A stretch of 64,000 nucleotides of DNA from an uncultured Acidobacterium sp. (GCA_964628295.1 CAZVLS010000016.1:10933-74932); one strand, 5' to 3'. Numbered from the stretch's first letter, positions 16,535 to 25,186 are shown. A program made the numbers and translations. The notes: a model not told the origin generated them from the sequence alone.

Positions 16535-19198
16535 ATGCACCGGCAGGTATCCGCAGTCGCCAACCGTTTGAGCCTGCGGCCGCCGCAGCGCCGCTCACTG
16601 GAAATCCTGGACCGCGTTATTGAGCTCGCGGCGCCATCGAAAGACGCTGACCTGCCCTCGACCCTGGCCGCTGTTCGGGCCGAGTTCGAAAGCGTCACGG
16701 ACTTCGAGCGCGATTTCCCCTCCCTCTGTTTCGCGCTGGCGACCGGCGTGGGCAAGACGCGCCTCATGGGCGCGTTCGTCGCCTATCTTCGGCTGGCGCA
16801 CGGCATTCAGAACTTCTTCGTGCTGGCGCCGAACCTCACGATCTACAACAAGCTGATCGCCGATTTCACGCCGGGCACGCCGAAGTACGTGTTCAAGGGC
16901 ATAGCCGAATTTGCGACCGAGCCGCCGCAGGTGATCACCGGCGAGAACTACGACCAGACGCTGCTGGACCAGCTCACCTCGTGCCGCATCAACATCTTCA
17001 ACATCTCGAAGATCAACTCCGAGGTTCGCGGCGGCAAGTCGCCGCGCATCAAGCGGCTGTCTGAATACATCGGGGAAAGCTATTTCGAGTACCTCGCGAA
17101 TCTTCCTGATCTGGTCCTGTTGATGGACGAGTCGCATCGCTATCGCGCGTCGGCAGGCGTGAAGGCGATCAACGAGCTGCGTCCCATCCTCGGGCTGGAG
17201 TTGACGGCGACGCCGTTCGTCGAGGGTGGCGGCAAGAAGGGCGTCACGCGTTTCAAGAACATCGCCTATTCGTACCCATTGGCGCACGCGATTGCAGACG
17301 GCTTCGTGAAGAGTCCCGCGGTCGTTACGAGACGCGACTTCGTGGCGGCGGGACAGGCACCGGAGGTAATCGAAAAGCTGAAGCTCGAAGACGGCATTCA
17401 CCTTCACGAAGGCCTGAAGGTCGATCTGGACACCTATCATCGCGAAAGCGGGTTGCCCAAGGTCAAGCCATTCGTCCTGGTGATCGCGCGCGACACGACG
17501 CACGCTGCCGCCATCAAGTCGCTGGTTGAATCCGACGGGTTTTTCGAGGGCCGTTACCGGGGCAAGGTGCTGCAGGTCGACTCGAGCAGCACGAGCGGGT
17601 CGGAAGGCGACGAAGTCGTCGAGCGGCTGCTTCGTGTCGAGCACGCCGACGAGCCGACCGAGATCGTGATTCACGTCAACATGCTGAAAGAGGGATGGGA
17701 CGTCACCAACCTCTTCACCATCGTGCCGCTGCGCGCCGCGAATGCAAGGACGCTCATCGAGCAGAGCATCGGCCGCGGACTGCGCCTGCCGTTCGGCGAG
17801 CGCACCGGGCAGGCTCCGCTCGACCGGCTGAGCATCGTCGCCCACGACCGGTTTCAGGAGATCGTCGACGACTGCAACGCCGCAGACTCCCCGATCAAGA
17901 TCACGGCAATCGAAATCGATGGCGCCGATCTCACGCGCAGAACCGTCACCGTGACCTCCGCCCCGTCGTTCCTGGAGCGGCTCGGTGTGACCGACATTCA
18001 GTCCACACCGGGCTTTCCAGCCGCGGCGCCCGTATTTACGGACCCGAAGGCGGTGGCGGTGGCCCAGAGCACGTTGCGCGCCATCGAGACCCTCGCCAGC
18101 GACATCGCCGCCGTCCCCGGTTCGGCGTCGTTGGCCGAGCCCCAAGTGCAGGCGCGGCTGGTCGAGAGCGTCCAGGATTCCATCAGTGGCCAGTTGACGC
18201 TCGAGGGAGTCACAGCGGTAGATATTCCGGCCATTGTCGCGGCCACGTGTGCGGAAGTCGTGCGCGGCACCATCGACATCCCTCGTGTATCCGTGACGCC
18301 GATCGGCGCGGTTCAGACCGGATTCAACCGCTTCGAGCTCGACACGCGCGCGTGGAACTACCAGCCACTGACGGAGGAATTGTTCATCAAGCAGCTTCAA
18401 AGCGGTGACGTGTCATACGTCACGCTCGGCGCCGTGGGCATCGTCGAGCCGCGGCTGGAGAACTACATCGTGGCCGGGCTCGTGGATTTCGATGATGTGG
18501 CATACGACGAACACGCGGACTTGCTCTATGACCTTGCAACGCAGGCCGTCAACCATTTCCGGTCCTACCTGAAGTCGGATGACGACCTGGTGCGTGTCCT
18601 CAAGGCCTACCAGCGCCCGATCGCCATCAATATTCACGCGCAGATGCACGAGCCCGGCCACTACTGGGAGAAGGTCGAGGGCTACCACGCGGAGGTCCGC
18701 GCCGGCTTCACGCCGTTGCTGAAGCAGAGTGCGTTTTCGGTAGACGCCGACAGGCCGATCGAAGACTTCAGGCAGGAGCCCGCCGACAAATCGCGCATTC
18801 AGCGCGTGCTGTATGGCGGCTTCAAGAATTGTCTGTACCGAACACAGCGATTTCAGGCCAACAACGAGCGCAAGCTCGCCATCATCCTGGATCGGGACGC
18901 CGTGCGCTGGTTCAAACCTCTCAAGGATCAGTTTCAGATCTATTACCGTGAGGGGACGTCGCAACCGCAATACATCCCGGACTTCGCGGCCGAAACCACG
19001 TCAGCCATGTGGATCATCGAGTCCAAAGCACGTAATCAATTGACGGCACCGGACGTCCTGGCGAAACACGAGGCAGCGAAGTTGTGGTGCGAGCGTGCCA
19101 ACACCCACGCGCCGAAGCCGTGGCGCTACGCACTGATCCCGGAAGATGTCGTGGACGAGAACATGAGCCTGGATTACCTGCTGAAACAGCACGCCTGA
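16535..19198 (+). CDS. res: Type III restriction enzyme Res subunit (SF2 helicase + C-terminal PD-(D/E)xK nuclease)
   Basis: 887 aa. Motif I ALATGVGKTRL, motif II LLMDESHRY, motif VI QSIGRGLRLP, and C-terminal IPDF-x12-IIESK. Confidence 0.85.
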   Translation: MHRQVSAVANRLSLRPPQRRSLEILDRVIELAAPSKDADLPSTLAAVRAEFESVTDFERDFPSLCFALATGVGKTRLMGAFVAYLRLAHGIQNFFVLAPNLTIYNKLIADFTPGTPKYVFKGIAEFATEPPQVITGENYDQTLLDQLTSCRINIFNISKINSEVRGGKSPRIKRLSEYIGESYFEYLANLPDLVLLMDESHRYRASAGVKAINELRPILGLELTATPFVEGGGKKGVTRFKNIAYSYPLAHAIADGFVKSPAVVTRRDFVAAGQAPEVIEKLKLEDGIHLHEGLKVDLDTYHRESGLPKVKPFVLVIARDTTHAAAIKSLVESDGFFEGRYRGKVLQVDSSSTSGSEGDEVVERLLRVEHADEPTEIVIHVNMLKEGWDVTNLFTIVPLRAANARTLIEQSIGRGLRLPFGERTGQAPLDRLSIVAHDRFQEIVDDCNAADSPIKITAIEIDGADLTRRTVTVTSAPSFLERLGVTDIQSTPGFPAAAPVFTDPKAVAVAQSTLRAIETLASDIAAVPGSASLAEPQVQARLVESVQDSISGQLTLEGVTAVDIPAIVAATCAEVVRGTIDIPRVSVTPIGAVQTGFNRFELDTRAWNYQPLTEELFIKQLQSGDVSYVTLGAVGIVEPRLENYIVAGLVDFDDVAYDEHADLLYDLATQAVNHFRSYLKSDDDLVRVLKAYQRPIAINIHAQMHEPGHYWEKVEGYHAEVRAGFTPLLKQSAFSVDADRPIEDFRQEPADKSRIQRVLYGGFKNCLYRTQRFQANNERKLAIILDRDAVRWFKPLKDQFQIYYREGTSQPQYIPDFAAETTSAMWIIESKARNQLTAPDVLAKHEAAKLWCERANTHAPKPWRYALIPEDVVDENMSLDYLLKQHA

Positions 19199-19244
19199 GC
19201 CGTTTCCCGACCGGGTTGCACATTACCGGTCAGGAGAAGCTGAC

Positions 19245-19916
19245 ATGTCGACGACCACTCATGTTCGTCAGCACAACAGCGTGCTGGCCGCCGCGGAGAA
19301 ACGAACACTCATCTGGATCGCTCAGCGCCTGCCGCGCTGGATCAACTCTGACCACCTCTCTGCATTGGGCCTGCTGGCCATGGCCGGCGCGGGCGCTTCG
19401 TTCGTTGTCGCACAGTCGGATCCTGTTGCAGGAGCGTCACTTGTGGTGCTGTGCCTGGCGCTCAACTGGTTCGGCGACAGCCTCGACGGCACCGTGGCAC
19501 GCGTGCGCGCCCAGCAACGGCCACGCTACGGCTATTACGTCGACCACGTCATCGACCTGGCCGGCACGGCGATGCTCTTTGCCGGCCTTGCGGCGTCCGG
19601 GTTCATGTCGCCGCTGATCGCCACGCTCGTGGTGGCGGCGTTCTTTCTGGTATCGGCCGAGGCCTACCTGGCGACCCACTCGAGGGGCGTCTTCAAGATG
19701 TCCTTCATCGGCGTTGGGCCCACCGAACTTCGGATTCTGCTGGCAGCCGGCGCACTGGCGCTCATCAAGACGCCGCTGGTTGACGTGCCGGGACTCGGCC
19801 CCGTCCTGCTCTGGAACCTCGCCGGCGTCATCGGGTCAATCGGACTCGTGGCGACCTTCCTGATCACGTCGGCCGGCAACGTCCGCGCGCTCTACATCGA
19901 GGAGACAAGGCGATGA
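19245..19916 (+). CDS. CDP-alcohol phosphatidyltransferase family protein
   Basis: 223 aa, polytopic. GDSLDGTVARVRAQQRPRYGYYVDHVIDL closely matches D-x2-DG-x2-AR...G-x3-D-x3-D. Confidence 0.8.
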   Translation: MSTTTHVRQHNSVLAAAEKRTLIWIAQRLPRWINSDHLSALGLLAMAGAGASFVVAQSDPVAGASLVVLCLALNWFGDSLDGTVARVRAQQRPRYGYYVDHVIDLAGTAMLFAGLAASGFMSPLIATLVVAAFFLVSAEAYLATHSRGVFKMSFIGVGPTELRILLAAGALALIKTPLVDVPGLGPVLLWNLAGVIGSIGLVATFLITSAGNVRALYIEETRR

Positions 19917-21133
19917 CGGCCAGATTCGCTCGATTCGCGGCCAGCGGAGCGACTGGCTTGGTCGTTCAGATCGCCTCCGTCTCGGCACTTCTCGATCTCG
20001 GCGTGCACTACCTCCTCGCGACCGGAATCGCCGTGGAGGCGGCGATCATTGCGAACTTCTTCTTCCACCACCATTGGACGTGGAAGGACAGGAAGCTCCA
20101 GAAGATGAATGTCACGCTGCTGGAGCGCCTGCTGCGCTACAACGTCCTGACATCGGTCACGTCGGTCTTCGGCGGCATCTTTCTCTCGGCGTACTTCGTG
20201 GAAGCCACCGGCCTGCACCCGATTGTGGCGAACATCCTGAGCATCGCCGCGCTGTCGGCGATCAACTTCATCAGCGCGGACCGGCTGGTCTTCAAGACCG
20301 GCGTGGTTATGGCGGTGCTGGGCACTGCGGGCACCGCGCAGGCGAGTGGTGATGCGACGCTGCAGCCGAAGACGGTTCGCGCGTTCAACACCTATGCCGC
20401 GACGGTCGAAGCGCGCCGCGGGCGCGAGCTGTCGGCGAACCAGCCGTTCCTCGAAATAGAACGGCAGCCGGCCGTGCAGCTGTCACGCACCCTGGCGGCA
20501 CTCAAGCGCGGTGAGGTGATCGTATCCACGGCGGTCTCTCACGACGTGAGCGAGGTGCCGGTCGATGGCGGACTGATCAATCACTGGCGCGGCTCCATCT
20601 TCGTGCCGAAGGTGAGGCTCGACTACCTGCTCAAGGTCCTCCAGGCTCCGCAGAGCGATCAGCACAAGCAGGAAGACGTCGTCAGCTCTCGCGTGGTGCC
20701 ACGCGGGCCAGACGCCCAGAAGCTGTATCTGCGCGTCAAGCGCACCAGGATCGTCACCGTCGTCTACGACACCGAGTACGACGTGACTTACAAGAGGCTG
20801 GCGCCCGATCGCGCGATCAGCAACAGCTTCTCGACGAAGATCGTCGAGATCGAAGACGCGGGCACCCCGCGCGAGCGAGCCATGCCGGAAGGCGAGGATC
20901 ACGGCTATATGTGGCGTCTCAACTCGTACTGGCGCTACAAGCAGCTTGAAGACGGGGTCCTGGTCGAAGTGGAGTCATTGTCGCTGAGCCGAGACTTGCC
21001 GGCGATCATTGGACCGCTGATCAGGCCAATCGTCACCAGTACTGCACGAGAATCGATTACCCGGACGCTGTCGGCGCTGCGGGCGCGCTTCCAGAGCCGA
21101 TCCGACGAACATGGAGGTTCGTCGCTACAATGA
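19913..21133 (+). CDS. GtrA-like membrane domain fused to a ~270-aa soluble domain (possibly START/SRPBCC-like)
   Basis: 406 aa. The N-terminal four-TM region with ANFFFHHHWTWKDR is typical of the GtrA family. The C-terminal fold assignment is a guess from its alternating beta-rich pattern. 4-nt overlap with the upstream gene. Confidence 0.6.
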   Translation: MTARFARFAASGATGLVVQIASVSALLDLGVHYLLATGIAVEAAIIANFFFHHHWTWKDRKLQKMNVTLLERLLRYNVLTSVTSVFGGIFLSAYFVEATGLHPIVANILSIAALSAINFISADRLVFKTGVVMAVLGTAGTAQASGDATLQPKTVRAFNTYAATVEARRGRELSANQPFLEIERQPAVQLSRTLAALKRGEVIVSTAVSHDVSEVPVDGGLINHWRGSIFVPKVRLDYLLKVLQAPQSDQHKQEDVVSSRVVPRGPDAQKLYLRVKRTRIVTVVYDTEYDVTYKRLAPDRAISNSFSTKIVEIEDAGTPRERAMPEGEDHGYMWRLNSYWRYKQLEDGVLVEVESLSLSRDLPAIIGPLIRPIVTSTARESITRTLSALRARFQSRSDEHGGSSLQ

Positions 21134-22208
21134 GAGGGTGAAGACGGACCTGGCTGGACTGGAACTCTCCGAACTCGAGGAGTTCGTCCAAGCCCTCGGA
21201 CACAAGAAGTTTCACGCGCGGCAGATCTACCAATGGATCTGGAAGCGTGGCGTCACCGATTTCGCGTCAATGACGAACCTCAGCCGCGAGCTGCAGGCGG
21301 CGCTTCAAGAGAAGGCGACGATTTCGCTGCCCGAAGTCGAGCAGCACGCCGTTTCAGAGGACGGCACGCAGAAGTTTGCGCTGCGCCTCGCCGACGGCCG
21401 CAAGATCGAAGCGGTCTTCATCCCCGACACTCCGAAGCAGACGTTTTGCGTGTCGACGCAGGTCGGCTGCGCGATGGGGTGCGCCTTCTGCCTCACGGGC
21501 AAGATGGGATTGATCCGTCACCTGACCGCGGCCGAGATTGCCGGCCAGGTGCGGCTGCTGGCGCGATCAACCAACCTGCTCGACAAGCCGTTCAACATCG
21601 TCCTGATGGGCATGGGTGAGCCGCTGCAGAACTACGACAACACCATGAAGGCGATGCGGATGCTGAACCAGAAGGAAGGGTTCGACATGCATCCGAAGCG
21701 CGTCACGTTGTCGACCGTGGGCCTGGTGCCGCAAATGGACAGGCTTGCCCAGGAAGAACTGATGCCGAACCTCGCGGTGTCGCTGCACGCCGCTACCGAG
21801 GAAACCCGTGCCGCCATCGTCCCCGTCAACAAGAAGTACACCATGCAGGACGTGGTCGACGCCTGCAAGCGCTTCCCGCTGTCGAAGCGGCGCCGCATCA
21901 TGTTCGAGTACGTGATGCTGGCGGGCGTGAACGATTCGGATGCTGACGCACGCAAGCTGGTCAAGGTGCTCTCGGGCGTGAAAGCCAAGGTCAACCTGCT
22001 GCCGTTGAATGCGGCACCGGGCATCCCGTTTGAGCGGCCATCCGATGAACGCATCAACAAGTTTGCGAAGATCCTCGCCGACCGCGGATTGATGGTGTCG
22101 GTGAGGAAGAGCCGCGGCCGCGATATTCGCGCAGCGTGCGGGCAGTTGATCGTCGAAGGGCAGGGCGCGCGACGTTCCGCGGCTCAGAAGCTTGCGGCGG
22201 AACTGTGA
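21111..22208 (+). CDS. rlmN: 23S rRNA/tRNA (adenine-C2)-methyltransferase, radical SAM
   Basis: 365 aa. FHARQIYQWIWKRG N-terminal domain and radical-SAM cluster GCAMGCAFC (CxxxCxxC). The start is uncertain (ATG 21111 or GTG 21138). Confidence 0.9.
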   Translation: MEVRRYNERVKTDLAGLELSELEEFVQALGHKKFHARQIYQWIWKRGVTDFASMTNLSRELQAALQEKATISLPEVEQHAVSEDGTQKFALRLADGRKIEAVFIPDTPKQTFCVSTQVGCAMGCAFCLTGKMGLIRHLTAAEIAGQVRLLARSTNLLDKPFNIVLMGMGEPLQNYDNTMKAMRMLNQKEGFDMHPKRVTLSTVGLVPQMDRLAQEELMPNLAVSLHAATEETRAAIVPVNKKYTMQDVVDACKRFPLSKRRRIMFEYVMLAGVNDSDADARKLVKVLSGVKAKVNLLPLNAAPGIPFERPSDERINKFAKILADRGLMVSVRKSRGRDIRAACGQLIVEGQGARRSAAQKLAAEL

Positions 22209-22212
22209 GCGC

Positions 22213-22252
22213 GGTTCCAGGGGTGCCAATGGTTCCAAGGGTTCCATGGGTT
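22213..22252. repeat. Nonamer array ggttccagg-ggtgccaat-ggttccaag-ggttccatg-ggtt spanning the rlmN/esterase junction
   Basis: Read directly. The unit GGTKCCNNN is the same type as at 28622-28696. It encodes the VPGVPMVPRVPWV n-region of the lipoprotein signal peptide. Confidence 0.7.
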
Positions 22253-23413
22253 TTGTTCTTGCCGATGCTGCTGGTTCTCGGTTGCGCGACTGAGCCGCAA
22301 TCGTGGTCGGAACTGCAGAAGCAGTTACCCGGTCTTGCCGACGCCGCGCAACGTGACGCGGCGATCGAGCAGTTCATCGCGCGCAAGGGCGGTACGCCGA
22401 TCATCGAGAACCAGACGCGGCTGATCTTCCCGGTCAAGGACAAGGACGGGCTGCAGCCGCGCGTGGTCGGCGATTTCAACGCGTGGGCCGTGACGCCGCA
22501 GGGTTACGACACGACCATCGGCACCACCACCCGCATCGAAGGATCGAGCTGGGCGTTTGTCGAGGGCAAGTCCTACACCAACGCGCGCCTCGAGTACGGA
22601 TTCCTCTACGACAAGGAATACGCCACCGATCCGCTGAATCCGCGGACGGTGCAAGCGTTTGCCGGTCCGCGGTCGGAGATCCGGATGCCGTTCTTCGTCG
22701 CGCAGCCGGAGGTCGATGAACTGGGATCGGCACCGAAGGGTGAGCTGATCGCGGAGACGTTTGTGTCGCGCTCGCTCGCCGGATCGCGACGCGTCTGGTA
22801 TTACGTGCCGCCCGGTTACGCCGCCGCCACCGATGCGTTGTATCCGGTCGTGTATGTGCTCGACGGCGCGAACTACGTCGAGAAGATGGACGTGCCGAAA
22901 GTGCTCGATCACCTGATCGCGAACAAGACGATCCCGCCGGTGATCGCGGTGTTCTCTGAACCAGCCGATCGGCAGGAGGAATACTCGCGCAGCCCAAGGT
23001 GGCGCGCGTTCATCGCGAATGAGCTGGTGCCTGCGGTCGACAAGCGATTCCGCACCTTCCCCACTCCCGATCACCGCGTGATTCTTGGCAGTTCGCTGGC
23101 CGCGTATGGGGCCGTCGACCTCGCCGTCGCCGCACCATCGGTATTCGGACTGTGCGCTGCGATGGCGCCACCGGTGCAGGCTGCCACCGTGGTCTCCAAC
23201 CAGGCCGCCGCGCGTTCGGCAGTAGTGTCGATCAAGTTCTTCGTGATGGGCGGCGTCTACGACTCGATGATCGATGGCGCGCGGCTGCTCCGCACGACGC
23301 TCGACGAGTACCAGGCGCCGGTCAGTTACCTGGAAGTGTCCGAGGGGCACAACACGAATACGTTCCGCGGGCATCTCGATGATGCCCTCAAAGCTCTCCT
23401 GCCCGCGCAGTAG
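22229..23413 (+). CDS. Putative esterase (enterochelin-esterase-like alpha/beta hydrolase) lipoprotein
   Basis: RRVWYYVPPGY...YPVVYVLDG resembles the 'putative esterase' family. Signal peptide MVPRVPWVLFLPMLLVLGC has a lipobox-like VLGC. The track ORF starts at 22136, inside rlmN; I prefer ATG 22229. Confidence 0.65.
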   Translation: MVPRVPWVLFLPMLLVLGCATEPQSWSELQKQLPGLADAAQRDAAIEQFIARKGGTPIIENQTRLIFPVKDKDGLQPRVVGDFNAWAVTPQGYDTTIGTTTRIEGSSWAFVEGKSYTNARLEYGFLYDKEYATDPLNPRTVQAFAGPRSEIRMPFFVAQPEVDELGSAPKGELIAETFVSRSLAGSRRVWYYVPPGYAAATDALYPVVYVLDGANYVEKMDVPKVLDHLIANKTIPPVIAVFSEPADRQEEYSRSPRWRAFIANELVPAVDKRFRTFPTPDHRVILGSSLAAYGAVDLAVAAPSVFGLCAAMAPPVQAATVVSNQAAARSAVVSIKFFVMGGVYDSMIDGARLLRTTLDEYQAPVSYLEVSEGHNTNTFRGHLDDALKALLPAQ

Positions 23414-24707
23414 CCAGCGCCTTCCTGCCAATGTCTCGACGGTACTGCATGCCATCGAACTTGATCTTGCTCGCCGCTTCGTACGCACGGGCGATCGCGA
23501 TCTCGTAGGACGCGGCCATCGCCATCACGGTGAGCACTCGCCCACCCGACGTCACGAGGTCGCTGCCCTTCTGCTTCACGCCGGCGAAGAAGACCTGGAC
23601 GTCGGGACAATCACGCGCGACATCATCGAGGCCGTGAATCACATCGCCGGACCGCACGTCTCCGGGATAGCCGTGCGCCGCGAGCACGACGCCGACGGCC
23701 GCTAACCGGGAGCCGGGAGCCGGGAGCGGGGCGCCGGACAGACCGGTTCCCGGTTCCCGGGTCCTGGCCGAAGCAGCGGCGAGCAGCGGCGCAAGCGGCC
23801 CGAGCAACGGCAGCACGACTTGCGCTTCGGGATCGCCGAAGCGCACGTTGAACTCGATCACCTTCGGGCCGGCGGGAGTCAGCATCAGGCCGCAATACAG
23901 AAATCCGCGAAACGGATTTCCCTCCGAAGCCATACCCTTCAGCACCGGCTGCACGATCGTCGACTCAACCTGCTGCTGCAGCACCGGTGTCAGCAAAGGG
24001 CTCGGTGAGAAGGCGCCCATGCCGCCGGTGTTCGGTCCTTCGTCATTGTCGAAGATGCGCTTGTGATCCTGCGCAGACAGCAGCGGAACGTAATGCTCGC
24101 CGTTGGCGACGACGAAGAACGAGACTTCGGGACCGGTGAGCAGTTCCTCGAGCACGACCCTCGATCCGGCGTCGCCAAAGCTCTTGTCCACCATGGCGGC
24201 GTTCACGGCGGTTTCGGCCGTGGCTCGATCCGGCGCGACCACGACCCCCTTGCCGGCGGCCAGACCGTCAGCCTTCACCACCAGTGCGTCGCCAAATTCA
24301 CCCGATCGTATGGCGTCGATGGCCTGGGCGGCCGACGTGCACACCCGGTATTTCGCGGTGGGCACGTTGTGGCGCTGCATGAAGTCTTTTGCGAACGCCT
24401 TGCTGGTTTCGAGCTGGGCGGCGGCCTTGGTTGGGCCAAACACCGGGCGGCCCTCGGCCTCGAACCGGTCCGCCAAGCCGTTGCCAAGCGGCGCTTCGGG
24501 TCCAACGACGGTCAGATCGATGCGTTCCTGGTCGACGAGCCGAATCACCGCTTCGGTGTCCAATATGTCGACGGATTTGGTGGCTATTTGGCGGCCGATG
24601 CCCGGATTGCCGGGGGCGCAAATCACGTGGCTGACGCCGGGTTCGTCGGAAAGCTTCCAAGCCAGGGCGTGCTCGCGCGCGCCGGAGCCGAGGACCAGAA
24701 TTCGCAT
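23388..24707 (-). CDS. purD: Phosphoribosylamine-glycine ligase
   Basis: 439 aa. MRILVLGSGAREHALAWKL N-terminus, ATP-grasp core, GGRVL near the C-terminus. Confidence 0.95.
   Translation of the reverse strand: MRILVLGSGAREHALAWKLSDEPGVSHVICAPGNPGIGRQIATKSVDILDTEAVIRLVDQERIDLTVVGPEAPLGNGLADRFEAEGRPVFGPTKAAAQLETSKAFAKDFMQRHNVPTAKYRVCTSAAQAIDAIRSGEFGDALVVKADGLAAGKGVVVAPDRATAETAVNAAMVDKSFGDAGSRVVLEELLTGPEVSFFVVANGEHYVPLLSAQDHKRIFDNDEGPNTGGMGAFSPSPLLTPVLQQQVESTIVQPVLKGMASEGNPFRGFLYCGLMLTPAGPKVIEFNVRFGDPEAQVVLPLLGPLAPLLAAASARTREPGTGLSGAPLPAPGSRLAAVGVVLAAHGYPGDVRSGDVIHGLDDVARDCPDVQVFFAGVKQKGSDLVTSGGRVLTVMAMAASYEIAIARAYEAASKIKFDGMQYRRDIGRKALATARAGEL
23703..23763. repeat. Inverted heptamer arrays (aaccggg-agccggg-agccggg-ag ... 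accggtt-cccggtt-cccgggtcc) inside the purD coding sequence
   Basis: Read directly. The left arm CCGGGAG units and right arm TTCCCGG units can pair. They are translated in-frame as ...TREPGTGLSGAPLPAPGSRL... Confidence 0.75.
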
Positions 24708-24787
24708 TGGCGGTAAACCCTAGAATCTAAAAGGCTTATTTGAACAGATCAGGCTTCTAGGGATGTGATAGCCTAACATACTTGGCC

Positions 24788-24835
24788 CCACACCGATTGG
24801 AGCCAGAGTCAGGATGATCTGGCGGTCTGGTGTGG
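24788..24835 (+). other. Nested hairpin in the rpsU 5' region (ccacacc...ggtgtgg enclosing ccaga...tctgg)
   Basis: The inverted repeats were read directly, about 50 nt upstream of the rpsU ATG. Confidence 0.25.
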
Positions 24836-24886
24836 TGATGATCTATTGATCTGCCAAAAACCTACCGGGAAGGGGGTGACTACGAG

Positions 24887-25084
24887 ATGGCCGAAGTGAA
24901 ATTGCAAGAGGGTGAGTCGATCGAAAGCGCGTTGCGCAGATTCAAGCGCAAGGTGCAGCAGGAAGACATCATCAAGGACATCAAGAAGCACTCCTTCTAC
25001 TTGAAGCCGGGCGACAAGCGCCGCGCAAAGCAGGCGTTGGCCCGGAAGCGCAATCGCAAGAAGATGCGCCGAGAGACGGAATAA
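24887..25084 (+). CDS. rpsU: 30S ribosomal protein S21
   Basis: 65 aa. MAEVKLQEGESIESALRRFKRKVQQEDIIKDIKKHSFYLKPGDKRR is a typical S21. RBS gggggtga lies upstream. Confidence 0.95.
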   Translation: MAEVKLQEGESIESALRRFKRKVQQEDIIKDIKKHSFYLKPGDKRRAKQALARKRNRKKMRRETE

Positions 25085-25153
25085 CTGCCAAGTGCCTGTG
25101 GTAGATTACGGGCACTTTATGTGCGCGCGGAGCGCGCAGCAAGAGAAGCTGTC

Positions 25154-25186
25154 AACGGCCAAGGGCACTGTCCTTGGCCGTTTTGT
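25154..25186 (+). terminator. Rho-independent terminator after rpsU
   Basis: Perfect 11-bp stem aacggccaagg / ccttggccgtt with a 7-nt loop, followed by ttttgt. It is preceded by two further hairpins (25090-25117, 25122-25138). Confidence 0.6.

Noticed and set aside
16595-18400. 601-aa minus-strand ORF antisense to res. Similar long antisense ORFs occur at 5065-6561, 3635-4738, 7510-8850, 10939-11643, 22325-23488, 26438-27403, 28555-30348, 37082-38092, 46969-48561, 49126-50451, 53458-54831, 55795-56748, 56935-57951, 58187-59191, 60862-61989 and 62115-63200.
   Set aside because: These are shadow ORFs typical of high-GC DNA. Each lies opposite to, or out of frame with, a gene carrying clear family motifs. 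Their translations are Arg/Ala/Gly/Pro-rich with no recognisable motifs.
9973-19198. Assigning the SNF2/methylase locus to DISARM or BREX
   Set aside because: No DUF1998 (DrmB), DrmA-type helicase or PLD nuclease genes (DISARM) were recognised. No PglZ, BrxC/PglY or BrxL genes (BREX) were recognised either. The third enzyme is a classical Res-type helicase-nuclease.
24721-24726. TAGAAT at 24721-24726 as a -10 box for rpsU or purD
   Set aside because: No acceptable -35 hexamer lies at 16-18 nt spacing (gaattc, agaatt, aattcg). Alternative hexamer pairs on either strand score poorly, so no promoter was called in this region.
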